The position numbers were made by a program, and so were the translations under genes. From Actinomycetales bacterium (GTDB lineage Bacteria > Actinomycetota > Actinomycetes > Actinomycetales > Dermatophilaceae), in NCBI GenBank assembly GCA_016710385.1, contig JADJVX010000011.1, positions 136,054 through 200,053 of the forward strand: a stretch of DNA of 64,000 nucleotides, written 5' to 3'. A model generated the notes under the pieces. That model was given only the letters and a program-made list of their open reading frames with translations. It was not told the DNA's origin and made no database searches. Within the stretch, counting starts at the first letter, position 1. Each line of letters begins with the position of its first letter. Below, piece by piece: positions 48,129 to 58,122 of the stretch.

Positions 48129-48160
48129 ACAGGTATGCCGTGCGGGCACGGCATACCTGT
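48129..48160. repeat. Perfect palindrome built from an inverted pair of the abundant motif, in the clpC1 upstream region
   Basis: ACAGGTATGCCGTGC GG GCACGGCATACCTGT, with 15-bp perfect arms. Confidence 0.8.
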
Positions 48161-48306
48161 GTGCTCAGGGCGAACACGCGGGGAGGGTGCTGCCTGGGGG
48201 AACACCCACTGCGGGGGTCGCGTTGGGCATAAGACTGGTATGCCGCGCGGCCCGGATACGATCGTGGCGCTGATGCAGGCGAGGCCTGGAAGGTAGGAGT
48301 GGAGAA

Positions 48307-50880
48307 ATGTTCGAACGGTTTACCGACCGCGCTCGGCGCGTCGTCGTGCTCGCCCAAGAAGAGGCGCGCATGCTCAACCACAACTACATCGGCACCGAGC
48401 ACATCTTGCTTGGCCTCATCCACGAGGGCGAGGGCCTGGCCGCCAAGGCGTTGGAAAACCTCGGGATCAAGCTGGCCGACGTTCGCCAGCAGGTGCAGGA
48501 GATCATCGGCCAAGGCCAGCAGGCGCCCACGGGGCACATTCCCTTCACGCCGCGAGCCAAGAAGGTGCTCGAGTATTCGCTGCGGGAGGGCCTACAGCTC
48601 GGGCACACCTACATCGGCACCGAGCACATCTTGCTCGGTCTGATCCGCGAGGGTGAGGGGGTCGCAGCCCAGGTGCTCGTCAAGCTCGGGGCCGACCTCA
48701 ACAAGGTGCGTCAGCAGGTCATCCAGCTGTTGGCGGGCTACCAGTCCGGGCAGGGGGAGAAGGCCGGTGCCGGCGTGGGAGCCGCCCAGGGCGGGCCCTC
48801 CGAGGGCACGCCGGCGGGTTCGCTGGTGCTGGACCAGTTCGGTCGCAACCTGACCCAGGCTGCTCGCGAGGGGAAGCTCGACCCGGTCATCGGGCGCGAG
48901 AAGGAGATCGAGCGGGTCATGCAGGTGCTGTCTCGCCGCACCAAGAACAACCCGGTCCTCATCGGTGAGCCCGGCGTGGGGAAGACCGCGGTCGTCGAGG
49001 GCCTCGCCCAGGACATCGTCCGCGGCACAGTGCCCGAGACGCTCAAGGACAAGCAGCTCTACACCCTCGATCTGGGCGCACTGGTCGCCGGGTCGCGCTA
49101 TCGCGGTGATTTCGAAGAGCGACTCAAGAAGGTGCTCAAGGAGATCCGCACCCGCGGCGACATCATCATCTTCATCGACGAGATCCATACCCTGGTCGGA
49201 GCCGGTGCCGCCGAGGGCGCCATCGACGCGGCATCGATCCTCAAGCCGATGCTGGCGCGCGGCGAGTTGCAGACCATCGGGGCCACGACCCTCGACGAAT
49301 ACCGCAAGCACATCGAGAAGGACTCGGCGCTGGAGCGGCGCTTCCAGCCCATCCAGGTCGCCGAGCCGACCCTCGCGCACACCATCGAGATCCTCAAGGG
49401 CCTGCGCGACCGTTACGAAGCCCACCACCGGGTGTCCATCACCGACGGCGCCCTGGTTGCCGCCGCGACAATGGCCGACCGCTATGTCAACGACCGTTTT
49501 CTGCCCGACAAGGCGATCGACCTCATCGACGAGGCGGGCGCGCGACTGCGGATCCGCCGAATGACGGCTCCGCCGGACCTGCGCGAATACGACGAGAAGA
49601 TCGCCGAAGTGCGTCGCCAAAAGGAAGCGGCCATCGACGGCCAGGATTTCGAGAAGGCCGCGCGCCTGCGCGACGACGAGAAGCAACTGTCCAACGCCCG
49701 CGCCGAGCGCGAGGCGCAGTGGAAAGCCGGCGACATGGATGTCGTCGCGGAGGTCGACGAGGAGCTCATCGCGGAGGTGCTGGCCGCGTCGACCGGCATA
49801 CCGGTCTTCAAGCTCACCGAGGAGGAGTCCGCCCGCCTGCTCAACATGGAGGCCGAGCTGCACAAGCGGATCGTCGGGATGAACGACGCCATCCACGCGC
49901 TGTCTCAGGCCATCCGGCGCACCCGCGCCGGGCTGAAGGACCCCCGTCGCCCGGGCGGGTCGTTCATTTTCGCTGGGCCGACCGGTGTCGGCAAGACCGA
50001 GCTGGCCAAGACTCTCGCGGAATTCCTCTTCGGCGATGAGGATGCGCTCATCCAGCTCGACATGAGCGAATACTCCGAAAAGCACACGGTTTCAAGGCTT
50101 TTCGGTTCACCCCCCGGTTACGTGGGCTACGAAGAGGGCGGCCAGCTCACCGAAAAGGTGCGCCGCCGGCCGTTCTCGGTGGTGCTCTTCGATGAGGTCG
50201 AAAAGGCTCACCCGGACATCTTCAACTCGTTGCTGCAGGTGTTGGAGGACGGTCGACTCACCGACTCGCAGGGCCGGATGGTCGACTTCAAGAACACCGT
50301 CATCATCATGACGACCAACCTCGGCACCCGTGACATCACCAAGGGCAGCCTAGGCTTCTCGGCCGGACCGGACACCCGTAGCGAATACGAGCGGATGAAG
50401 AACAAGGTCCAGGACGAGCTGAAGAACCACTTCCGTCCGGAGTTCCTCAACCGCGTGGACGACATCATCGTCTTCCCCCAGCTCACCCAGGAAGAGATCG
50501 TCGCGATCGTCGACCTGGAGATCGCCAAGCTGGACAAGCGGCTCAAGGACAAGGACATGGGTCTCGAACTCACCCTCACGGCCAAGAACCTGCTGGCCAA
50601 GAAGGGCTACGACCCCGTGCTCGGTGCTCGCCCGCTGCGGCGCACCATCCAGCGCGAGATCGAGGACATGCTGTCCGAGAAGATCCTCTACGGCGAGTTG
50701 AAGGCGGGCGAGTTCGTCCTCGTCGACGCGACCGGCGAGGAACGCGACTCGACGTTCACGTTCCAAGGATCGCTGCGGCGCGACACTATTCCCGATATTC
50801 CCGATATTCCGGATATGCCGCCAATCGACTCGGTGGGTGGACCGCGGGATGCCGCCGGTGGAACGGCGAGTGCGTCATAG
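48307..50880 (+). CDS. clpC1: ATP-dependent Clp protease ATP-binding subunit ClpC1
   Basis: [21 protein letters not shown], duplicated Clp-N repeats, two AAA modules (GEPGVGKTA; [12 protein letters not shown]), and a UVR-like motif between them. Confidence 0.97.
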   Translation: MFERFTDRARRVVVLAQEEARMLNHNYIGTEHILLGLIHEGEGLAAKALENLGIKLADVRQQVQEIIGQGQQAPTGHIPFTPRAKKVLEYSLREGLQLGHTYIGTEHILLGLIREGEGVAAQVLVKLGADLNKVRQQVIQLLAGYQSGQGEKAGAGVGAAQGGPSEGTPAGSLVLDQFGRNLTQAAREGKLDPVIGREKEIERVMQVLSRRTKNNPVLIGEPGVGKTAVVEGLAQDIVRGTVPETLKDKQLYTLDLGALVAGSRYRGDFEERLKKVLKEIRTRGDIIIFIDEIHTLVGAGAAEGAIDAASILKPMLARGELQTIGATTLDEYRKHIEKDSALERRFQPIQVAEPTLAHTIEILKGLRDRYEAHHRVSITDGALVAAATMADRYVNDRFLPDKAIDLIDEAGARLRIRRMTAPPDLREYDEKIAEVRRQKEAAIDGQDFEKAARLRDDEKQLSNARAEREAQWKAGDMDVVAEVDEELIAEVLAASTGIPVFKLTEEESARLLNMEAELHKRIVGMNDAIHALSQAIRRTRAGLKDPRRPGGSFIFAGPTGVGKTELAKTLAEFLFGDEDALIQLDMSEYSEKHTVSRLFGSPPGYVGYEEGGQLTEKVRRRPFSVVLFDEVEKAHPDIFNSLLQVLEDGRLTDSQGRMVDFKNTVIIMTTNLGTRDITKGSLGFSAGPDTRSEYERMKNKVQDELKNHFRPEFLNRVDDIIVFPQLTQEEIVAIVDLEIAKLDKRLKDKDMGLELTLTAKNLLAKKGYDPVLGARPLRRTIQREIEDMLSEKILYGELKAGEFVLVDATGEERDSTFTFQGSLRRDTIPDIPDIPDMPPIDSVGGPRDAAGGTASAS

Positions 50881-50964
50881 CAATGCCCGGTCATCGGAGA
50901 GGGGACGTGCGGTCCGTGCGCGCCAGAAGGGGCAGTCGGGTCGCTCGTCGTATACCATCGGGGC

Positions 50965-51387
50965 ATGCCTGACGTGATGGTCGAGCCCACGATCCGCGAG
51001 GAGGAGGACTGTTTCGTCCTCCCCCTCACCGGTCGTGAGGTCGACCAGATCTGCATCGACTACGCGGTGACGCTGGTCATCGACGGCACTGATACCGTCC
51101 GGCTGGACAGTCCGTTCACCGTGTCCTTCTCCGATCGCACCCTGCTCGTCGACCCGCAGCGTCTCGACACCGTCGCGCCGGTGCTCGACCTGTTCCGCGC
51201 GGTCATCCTGCGGGCGGCGGCCGGCCGAGACGGTTCTTTGCTGCTGTCGTTCGACGACGACCGCTCCCTGCGCATCGAGGCCGACCCCGACGGTGAGGCC
51301 TGGGAGATCGGTGGCGGTCTTCCGCCGATCTCCCCGTCCTATCGCATCGTTTCGCTGCCCGCCGGTTCGGGGATCGAGTTCTCCTGA
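50965..51387 (+). CDS. Hypothetical protein
   Basis: 140-aa ORF with ATG start and normal GC3 bias. No family recognised. Confidence 0.5.
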   Translation: MPDVMVEPTIREEEDCFVLPLTGREVDQICIDYAVTLVIDGTDTVRLDSPFTVSFSDRTLLVDPQRLDTVAPVLDLFRAVILRAAAGRDGSLLLSFDDDRSLRIEADPDGEAWEIGGGLPPISPSYRIVSLPAGSGIEFS

Positions 51388-51409
51388 GGTCCTGGAACCG
51401 TGTGCCGCG

Positions 51410-51943
51410 CTAACCCAGGTCCTTGACCGATCCCGGATTGCACGCGGCGGCGACGGTCGCGGCATACCCCACGTCGGGCCGGGCCGGCTCGAGGTACCAC
51501 GCGCCCTTGGTTGACGCGAACTCCACGTGACATACCAATTGGTCGTGCATGCCCGGGGTGTCCGCATCAGGCCGCACCCGCAGGACCGCCTGCCAGACCG
51601 CCTCTGCGTCGACGCCAGCCGTGCGGCCAGCAGTGGTCGGCACAACCTTCAGGCCGCGAACGCCGGATCGAGTCACCCACGACGCCGATGACACGAGGCG
51701 GGGTGCGGTCGTGGCAGGGCTGGTGGATGAGGCGCCTGGCCGCGCGCTGACCGCGGTGCCTGTCGATGAGTTTCCGGGGGAGGCGGCTGGGGGCTGCCCT
51801 GTGGCGGAAGCCGTGATCCTGATCGGCGGGGGAGGCGGCGGCACCGGCGGTTGACTGTCCGAGGCCGCTGGGGACCGGCAGCCACTCAGCGGGCCGAACC
51901 CGACAGCCACAAGAGCCAGGACGAGGGTCACGCGCCGGGTCAC
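51410..51943 (-). CDS. DUF2599-like secreted lipoprotein
   Basis: GTG 51943 gives VTRRVTLVLALVAVGFGPLSGC (lipobox). Then a Pro/Ser linker. The C-terminus is MHDQLVCHVEFAS.KG.WYLEP. Confidence 0.6.
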   Translation of the reverse strand: MTRRVTLVLALVAVGFGPLSGCRSPAASDSQPPVPPPPPPIRITASATGQPPAASPGNSSTGTAVSARPGASSTSPATTAPRLVSSASWVTRSGVRGLKVVPTTAGRTAGVDAEAVWQAVLRVRPDADTPGMHDQLVCHVEFASTKGAWYLEPARPDVGYAATVAAACNPGSVKDLG

Positions 51944-52086
51944 GATGTGAGCCCAGCCAGGCGCGGCGGGAGCGCCCGTGAACGCAGCCTGGGGTCCTGG
52001 GCACAGCCAGCCGAACGGCATACCGGCTGGTGCGTGCAAAGATGGCCCCCGGCCCCTGCCCATAGCACCGAGGATCGACCCCTTCC

Positions 52087-52623
52087 GTGACCGACTACAG
52101 CACGCGTCCCGCGCGGACCTGCGACGTGCGCGCCATCCGTGACATCGTCGCACCTCTGGTCGCCGAGGGCAGGCTGGTTGCCAAAGCTGCCGTCGAGTAC
52201 TACGAGGGCCTGCAACAGTTCCGGGTGGTCGAGCACGCGGGGGTCGTCGTGGGGTGCGGTGCCGTGCACGTCATCTGGGACGACCTCGCAGAGGTGCGCA
52301 CTATCGCGGTCGCGCCCGAGCATCTGGGCCGTGGCGCCGGGCATGCGCTCATCACCGACCTGCTAGCCGATGCGGCCGCGATCGGTGTCAAGCGGGTGTT
52401 CTGCCTCACCTTCGAGACGACGTTCTTCGGGCGGCACGGGTTCGTGCCGATCGAGGGGCAGGCGGTGACCCGTGAGGTGTATGCCGAGTTGTTGCGGTCC
52501 TATGACGAGGGCGTGGCTGAGTTCCTCGACTTGGAGCGGGTGAAGCCCAACACCTTGGGCAACACCCGGATGCTGTGCGTGCTGGCCGACCGGGCGGCTC
52601 AGGTGCCACCGACCGTGGGCTGA
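52087..52623 (+). CDS. argA: Amino-acid N-acetyltransferase (GNAT; ArgA-like)
   Basis: Collinear by eye with my recollection of M. tuberculosis Rv2747: VVGCGA.HV.W.DL.E.RT.AV, RVF.LTFET.FF.RHGF, VAEFLDL..VKPN.LGN.RML.VL. Confidence 0.75.
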   Translation: MTDYSTRPARTCDVRAIRDIVAPLVAEGRLVAKAAVEYYEGLQQFRVVEHAGVVVGCGAVHVIWDDLAEVRTIAVAPEHLGRGAGHALITDLLADAAAIGVKRVFCLTFETTFFGRHGFVPIEGQAVTREVYAELLRSYDEGVAEFLDLERVKPNTLGNTRMLCVLADRAAQVPPTVG

Positions 52624-52661
52624 GCCCGCCCTCGCAAGGGTCCGGGCGGCGACTGGGCAGT

Positions 52662-53414
52662 TTACGCAGTGGCCGCGGGGCGGATCACGATGACGGTGTC
52701 GCCTGTGCGGATGCGGCCCGGCACGACAACCCGGGCGTTGAGGCCCCGCAGCCGCCGCGGCCGGCCGTGTGGACCGTTGACGAAACGCATCGCCGCCTCG
52801 CCGAAGCGAGCGATGAACTTCGCACAACCGGTGTGCGGCTGCTCGGTCACGACGATCATCGGGCGCGGGGCGTCGTCGGATGCGTTGCGCTCGCCGGCCG
52901 TTGACGGGCCGAAGACCAGCAGCGTGCCGACCGGCAGGTTGGCCTCGGACAGGTCGAGGTCGACATGCAGCTGATCTCCGGCCAGGGCCTGCCGGTCGAT
53001 ATCTCCGAAGGCCAGGAAGCCGGCCAGCCGGGTGTTGATCACGTTGAGCTGCATGTCTGGGTGGGGGCTGCGGTCGGGGGTGCGCGAGCTGGACCGTTGG
53101 CCCCAGCTGTCGCCGACGAGCCCTTCGGCCAGGGTGAGCTCGCCTTCGGGGAGCATCTCCCGCAGGTCGACGTCGGGGCGGCGCACGATGAGGGTCAGTG
53201 TTCCCGCATCGCGCGGTGAGGCGTCGAGTGTCGGCAGCGCGCCGATGAGTTCGTCAGGAGTCCGAGTCGGCAGGGTCACGCCGCTGATGCTCCCACGGTA
53301 TGCCGGCCACCCGGCATACCGTCGCGGGTTCTCCGCAGAGCCTGGCGCGCCGGACAGCGGTCCGGGAGGCTCGTCGGGGGGTGCCGGAGCACGCCCGGAC
53401 GTCATGCTCGACAC
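52662..53414 (-). CDS. MOSC domain-containing protein
   Basis: The C-terminal MOSC beta-barrel block reads QPHTGCAKF..GLNARVVVPGRIRTGDTV. The start is uncertain: GTG 53279 would remove the low-complexity N-terminus and would place the 53295-53322 palindrome in the leader. Confidence 0.7.
   Translation of the reverse strand: MSSMTSGRAPAPPDEPPGPLSGAPGSAENPRRYAGWPAYRGSISGVTLPTRTPDELIGALPTLDASPRDAGTLTLIVRRPDVDLREMLPEGELTLAEGLVGDSWGQRSSSRTPDRSPHPDMQLNVINTRLAGFLAFGDIDRQALAGDQLHVDLDLSEANLPVGTLLVFGPSTAGERNASDDAPRPMIVVTEQPHTGCAKFIARFGEAAMRFVNGPHGRPRRLRGLNARVVVPGRIRTGDTVIVIRPAATA
53295..53322. repeat. Palindrome from an inverted pair of the abundant motif
   Basis: ACGGTATGCCGG CCAC CCGGCATACCGT, with 12-bp perfect arms. 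Confidence 0.75.
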
Positions 53415-53503
53415 ACTTTGTGCTCCTAGGACGAACAGCCACTAGCGCAACGGGCGCGGATACAGCACAGTTGGCCTCGGAATTACCGAACGAAAGGTCA
53501 CCC

Positions 53504-54358
53504 ATGATTCTCGTTGCCCACTCTGGACCCGACTCGGCGAACGCCCTCGACTGGGCCGCCCGCGAGGCGGTACGCCAAGGCGACTCGCTGACGATCATGC
53601 ACGTGATTGCGGTCTCCGGGATCACCGGCGACTTCCCCGAGCTTCCTGAGGAGATCACCCAGGCCGCGGACGAGCTGCTGGCCGCAGCCTCCGAGCGCGC
53701 CCGCGAACTCGGCGTGACCGAGGTCGAGACAGCCAAGGGCTACCGGAGCATCACCGCTGCCCTGGTCGAGATGTCCCGTGAAGCCGAGCTCGTCGTGGTC
53801 GGCAACCGTGGTCACGGCGAAGCCTCCTCCGCGGTCCTCGGCTCGGTCGCGTATGCCGTCACGTCACACGCCGCCTGCCCCGTCGTCGTTGTGCGCGGCG
53901 ACGGTCACACCGACATCGCCCCGGGCAAACGGGTCGTCGTCGGTATCGACGGCTCGCGATCCGGCGTTCACGCCGGCTTCTTCGCGGCCGAATTCGCTCA
54001 GCGCGCCGGCGCTGACCTCGAGGTCGTCGGGGTCTGGGACACCGCCACCCTCGGGTCGGTCAGCTCGGAGTTCGCGGCCCGGGTGGGCATCGTCGGCCTC
54101 AAGGACAAGCACGAGGCCCAGATGCACAAGTGGGTCGACCTCGCCGTCGCCAAGCTCGCCGAGCGCTTCCCAGGCCTCAACGTCACGGGCTCGGTCGAGC
54201 AAGGCTCCCCGGTTGTCGTGCTTCGCGAGAAGTCGGCCGACGCCGGCCTGCTCGTCGTAGGCACCCGTGGGCGAGGCGGATTCGCCGGTCTGTTGCTCGG
54301 ATCGGTGAGCCACCGCTTGATCCACGACATCGGTTGCCCGATCGCAGTCGTTCGCTGA
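53504..54358 (+). CDS. Universal stress protein (tandem USP domains)
   Basis: ATG 53504 follows GAAAGG. There are two UspA-like halves, each ending G.RG.G......GSV...V..H..CPV.VV. Confidence 0.85.
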   Translation: MILVAHSGPDSANALDWAAREAVRQGDSLTIMHVIAVSGITGDFPELPEEITQAADELLAAASERARELGVTEVETAKGYRSITAALVEMSREAELVVVGNRGHGEASSAVLGSVAYAVTSHAACPVVVVRGDGHTDIAPGKRVVVGIDGSRSGVHAGFFAAEFAQRAGADLEVVGVWDTATLGSVSSEFAARVGIVGLKDKHEAQMHKWVDLAVAKLAERFPGLNVTGSVEQGSPVVVLREKSADAGLLVVGTRGRGGFAGLLLGSVSHRLIHDIGCPIAVVR

Positions 54359-54407
54359 GTCCTCCCCCTCGCGACAGCTGCACCGAGTCTCCGGCGCCGG
54401 CCCACCA

Positions 54408-54428
54408 CCGCACCCCCTGGCGGTGCGG
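54408..54428. terminator. Short hairpin between the convergent USP and mutY genes
   Basis: CCGCACC (54408-54414), loop CCCTGGC, then GGTGCGG (54422-54428). Weak: only a 7-bp stem. Confidence 0.3.
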
Positions 54429-54505
54429 GCCGGCGTCGGGCCGTTTCACGCGTACTGCCCCATTGGGCTGGTCCCCAGGTGTTTGACTCACGCGGATCGG
54501 GCGAT

Positions 54506-55426
54506 CTAGGTGGGGTGCGTGCCCGGCAGTGCGTAGCGTCCGCCGGGCAGCGGTTCGATCAACCCATCGCTCACCAAGGCATCGAGGCAGCGCATCCGCT
54601 GGGCCGGCACCGGCCAGGCCCGGGCGAGGTCGACGGCCGTCACCGGCCCGGGCGCGTCCCGCAGCGCTTGCACCAAGGTGCCACGTGCCTGTCGGTCGGT
54701 GCCGGCCCAGGCCTGGCCGCGCCGGGGCGGACCCTGGTATGCCGGTCGGCCGGCTCCCAGCCACCGGCACGCGTCGCGCACCGGGCAGTCGGCACAGCGT
54801 GGTGAGCGTGCGGTGCAGATCAACGCTCCGAGTTCCATGACGGCGACATTCCACCGCACGGCATCGTCGGCGTCCACAGGGAGGGCCGCGACCGCGAGGG
54901 CACGTTCGGCCGCGGTGAGCGAGGGGGCGGCATATTCCCGGCCCTCCAGCAGGCGGGTGAGAACTCGTCTCACGTTGGTGTCGACCACGGTCGTGGGAAC
55001 GCCGAAGGCGAAGCAGGCAACCGCAGCGGCCGTGTAGTCGCCGACCCCCGGCAAGGCGAGGAGCTGCCCCACCTCGGCAGGGACCTGGCCGCCGTGTCGA
55101 TCGGTCATGGCGCGCGCGGCCTCGTGCAATCGCAGGGCTCTGCGGGGGTAGCCCAGCCGGCCCCAGGCACGCACCGCGTCGCCGGGCGCGGCAGCCGCCA
55201 GGTCGGCGGGGGTGGGCCACCGCTGCATCCACTCGCGCCAGGTGGGTTCGACGCGCGCGACCGGTGTCTGCTGGGCCATGACCTCCGAGACGAAGACTCC
55301 CCAGGGTGTCGTGCCAGGCGTTCGCCAGGGCAGCGGGCGGGCGGCCACGGCATACCAGGAGAGGATCGCCGAGTGGAGCCGGGCCAGGGTGTCCGACCCG
55401 GGCAGCGCGCGTGGGGAGGTGCCCAC
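54506..55426 (-). CDS. mutY: A/G-specific adenine DNA glycosylase
   Basis: GTG 55426 lies just downstream of the disA stop. HhH-GPD LPGVGDYTAAAV. Four-Cys cluster C..RSPRCADCPVRDAC. Confidence 0.88.
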   Translation of the reverse strand: MGTSPRALPGSDTLARLHSAILSWYAVAARPLPWRTPGTTPWGVFVSEVMAQQTPVARVEPTWREWMQRWPTPADLAAAAPGDAVRAWGRLGYPRRALRLHEAARAMTDRHGGQVPAEVGQLLALPGVGDYTAAAVACFAFGVPTTVVDTNVRRVLTRLLEGREYAAPSLTAAERALAVAALPVDADDAVRWNVAVMELGALICTARSPRCADCPVRDACRWLGAGRPAYQGPPRRGQAWAGTDRQARGTLVQALRDAPGPVTAVDLARAWPVPAQRMRCLDALVSDGLIEPLPGGRYALPGTHPT

Positions 55427-55430
55427 GCGC

Positions 55431-56507
55431 TCAGACGTAGCGCTCGAGGATGCTCGTCTCGGCCATCCGCGACAGGCCCTCGCGCACGGCACGGGCCCGG
55501 CTCTCGCCGACCCCCTCGACGGCCATGAGGTCTTCGATGTTGGCGGCCAGCAGCCGCTGCAGCGACTCGAAGTGATCGACCAGCCGATCGATGATGGCTC
55601 GTGGCAGCCGGGGGATCTTGGTGAGCAGCCGGTAGCCGCGCGGGGAGACCGACGAGTCGAGGCTGTCGGTGGCACTGGCGAAACCCACCGCACGGGCACT
55701 GGCGGCGAGGTCGAGCAACTCGGTGGAGGTCAGCGCGACGAGGTCGTCCATTGCGGCGCTCACCGTCTTGCCGGACTTGCTGGCCAGCAGGTAGTCGCCG
55801 ATGACCAGTTCGCGATCGTTGCCCAGGCCCCCGACGAGTTCGGCCAGTTGCAGGCTAAGCAGGCGTCCGTCGGTGCCGAGCTCGACGGCATACCCGTGGA
55901 TCTCGTCACTGATCCGCCGCACCATCTCCAGGCGTTGGAGCACTGCGGCGACGTCACGCACGGTGACGAGGTCTTCGATTTCTAGGGCGGAGAGCGTCGC
56001 GCTCACCTCGTCGAGGCGGGCCTTGTAGCGCTCGAGGGTCTGCAATGCCTGGTTGGCCCGCGAGAGGATCGCGGCGGAGTTCTCGACGACGTGGCGGCGT
56101 CCGCCGACGTAGAGCGCGATGGTCTGCATCGACTTGCTCACCGAGATGACCGGGGCCCCAGTCTGCAGGTGCACCCGCTCGGCAGTGCGGTGGCGCGTGC
56201 CTGATTCGGAGGTGTCGATCCGGGCATCGGGGACCAACTGAGTGTTGGCCCGCACGATGCGTGTGATGTCCTTGTCGACGACGATCGCGCCGTCCATCTT
56301 GGACAGCTCGCGCAGCCGGGTCGCCGAGAACTCGATGTCGATCTTGAAACCGCCCGAGCACAACGCCTCGACCGACTTGTCGTTGCCGAGAACGATGAGA
56401 GCGCCGGTGCCGCCACGCAAGATCCGCTCCAGTCCGTCGCGCAGCTCGGTGCCCGGGGCGACGGCGCCGAGGATCGCGATGAGCTGTTCGTCGTCGGCGC
56501 GTTCCAC
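55431..56507 (-). CDS. disA: DNA integrity scanning protein DisA (diadenylate cyclase)
   Basis: DAC domain GALIVLG, DGAIVV and RHRTAERV blocks, and a C-terminal HhH (EDLMAVEGVGESRARAVREGL). Confidence 0.95.
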   Translation of the reverse strand: MERADDEQLIAILGAVAPGTELRDGLERILRGGTGALIVLGNDKSVEALCSGGFKIDIEFSATRLRELSKMDGAIVVDKDITRIVRANTQLVPDARIDTSESGTRHRTAERVHLQTGAPVISVSKSMQTIALYVGGRRHVVENSAAILSRANQALQTLERYKARLDEVSATLSALEIEDLVTVRDVAAVLQRLEMVRRISDEIHGYAVELGTDGRLLSLQLAELVGGLGNDRELVIGDYLLASKSGKTVSAAMDDLVALTSTELLDLAASARAVGFASATDSLDSSVSPRGYRLLTKIPRLPRAIIDRLVDHFESLQRLLAANIEDLMAVEGVGESRARAVREGLSRMAETSILERYV

Positions 56508-56555
56508 GGTGGCGAGTCTAATGCGGCTGGTTGCCCGCCCTTTGGTCGTCTTCGC

Positions 56556-57986
56556 TCACAGTTCGGACACGTCGCGATCGGGGCCCGCTTGCAGGGCGAC
56601 GGCGACCGCCTGGGCGAGGTGGGACACCTCGACCATGGCCAGACCGGGAACGGGCGTGGCCGACCCGAGGGTGCCGGGCGGGACGAGGGCGCGCCGGAAG
56701 CCCAGCCGGGCGGCCTCGGCGAGCCGGCGCGGCATACCGGTGACCGGACGGATCTCACCGGCCAGCCCGACTTCACCGATGGCGATCGAGTCGCAGGGGA
56801 AGGCGCGGTCGAGGGCGGCCGAGGCCAGCGCCAGGGCGATCGCGAGGTCGGCAGCCGGCTCGGTGACCTTGGCGCCGCCGACGGTCGCGGTATAGGTGTC
56901 GGCCGCAGCGACCGGGATCCGCGCCCGCCGATCGAGCACCGCCACGGACATCGCTACCCGAGCCGAGTCGAGCCCGCTCGTGGCTCGACGCGGCGAGGGC
57001 GTGGTGCACCGTGCGACGAGCGCCTGGACCTCGGCCACCAAGGGGCGTCGACCCTCGAGCGTGATCGTCACGCAGGTGCCCGGCACCGTGACATCACGGG
57101 TCGAGAGAAACAGCCCGCTGGGGTCAGGCAGCCCGACGATGCCCACATCGGACAGGTCGAAACAGCCGACCTCGTCGGTGGGTCCGTAACGGTTCTTGAC
57201 CGCTCGGACCAGGCGCAGCCTGGAGTGCCGCTCACCCTCGAAGGCGACGACGACGTCGACGAGGTGCTCCAAGACGCGGGGGCCGGCAATCGACCCGTCC
57301 TTGGTGACGTGACCGACGAGCAGGACGCAGATGTCGTGGGTCTTGGCCACCGCGATCAGGGCGGCGGCCACCTCACGGACCTGTGCGACATTGCCGGCCG
57401 AACCGCCGATCTCGGCGCTGGCGATCGTCTGCACCGAGTCGACGACGACCAATTGGGGCGCAAGCATCTCGATCTGGCCCAGGATGGTGCCGAGGTCGGT
57501 CTCGGCGGCCAGGTGCAGGTGCGCTGCCATCGCCTCGATGCGCTCGGCCCGCATCCGCACCTGGGCGGCGGACTCTTCGCCGCTGACGTAGAGGACCCGG
57601 CGTCCGCTGCGCGCTGCCCGCGCCGCGACGTCGAGCAACAGCGTCGACTTCCCGATGCCGGGTTCGCCCGCCACGAGCACCACGGCACCCGGGACAAGGC
57701 CGCCGCCGAGCACTCGGTCGAACTCGCCCACGCCGGTGGGGGCCGCTTCCGCCCGGGTCAGGTCGACCTCACCGATGCGCGGGACCGCTCGGGTGGGCGT
57801 CACCGCCATCGTCATGCGCCCTCGGCCGGCGCCCACCTCGCCGACGGTGCCCCACGCCTGACACTCCCCGCAGCGGCCGACCCATTTCAGCGCAGTCCAG
57901 CCGCACTCGCTGCAGCGATAGGTCGGCCCCTTGGCCGCCCCCCGCGCGGGTGCCTTGCGCCCCTGCATGCCCGGGTAAGCCGTCAC
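56556..57986 (-). CDS. radA: DNA repair protein RadA
   Basis: Zinc finger YRCSECGWTALKWVGRCGEC, Walker A GEPGIGKST, KNRYG motif, and a Lon-like C-terminus. The alternative start is ATG 57968. Confidence 0.93.
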   Translation of the reverse strand: MTAYPGMQGRKAPARGAAKGPTYRCSECGWTALKWVGRCGECQAWGTVGEVGAGRGRMTMAVTPTRAVPRIGEVDLTRAEAAPTGVGEFDRVLGGGLVPGAVVLVAGEPGIGKSTLLLDVAARAARSGRRVLYVSGEESAAQVRMRAERIEAMAAHLHLAAETDLGTILGQIEMLAPQLVVVDSVQTIASAEIGGSAGNVAQVREVAAALIAVAKTHDICVLLVGHVTKDGSIAGPRVLEHLVDVVVAFEGERHSRLRLVRAVKNRYGPTDEVGCFDLSDVGIVGLPDPSGLFLSTRDVTVPGTCVTITLEGRRPLVAEVQALVARCTTPSPRRATSGLDSARVAMSVAVLDRRARIPVAAADTYTATVGGAKVTEPAADLAIALALASAALDRAFPCDSIAIGEVGLAGEIRPVTGMPRRLAEAARLGFRRALVPPGTLGSATPVPGLAMVEVSHLAQAVAVALQAGPDRDVSEL

Positions 57987-58122
57987 CGTCGCCCTCGCAT
58001 CCTCATGGCCGCGACCCTAGACGCGGCCACCGACACCCCGTCATCCAAGAGCTCGGCACCCTCGGCATGACCTAGAGACAGCCGTGCGCGGCGCCGCGAC
58101 GGCATACCGGGGTGGCAGTGCT

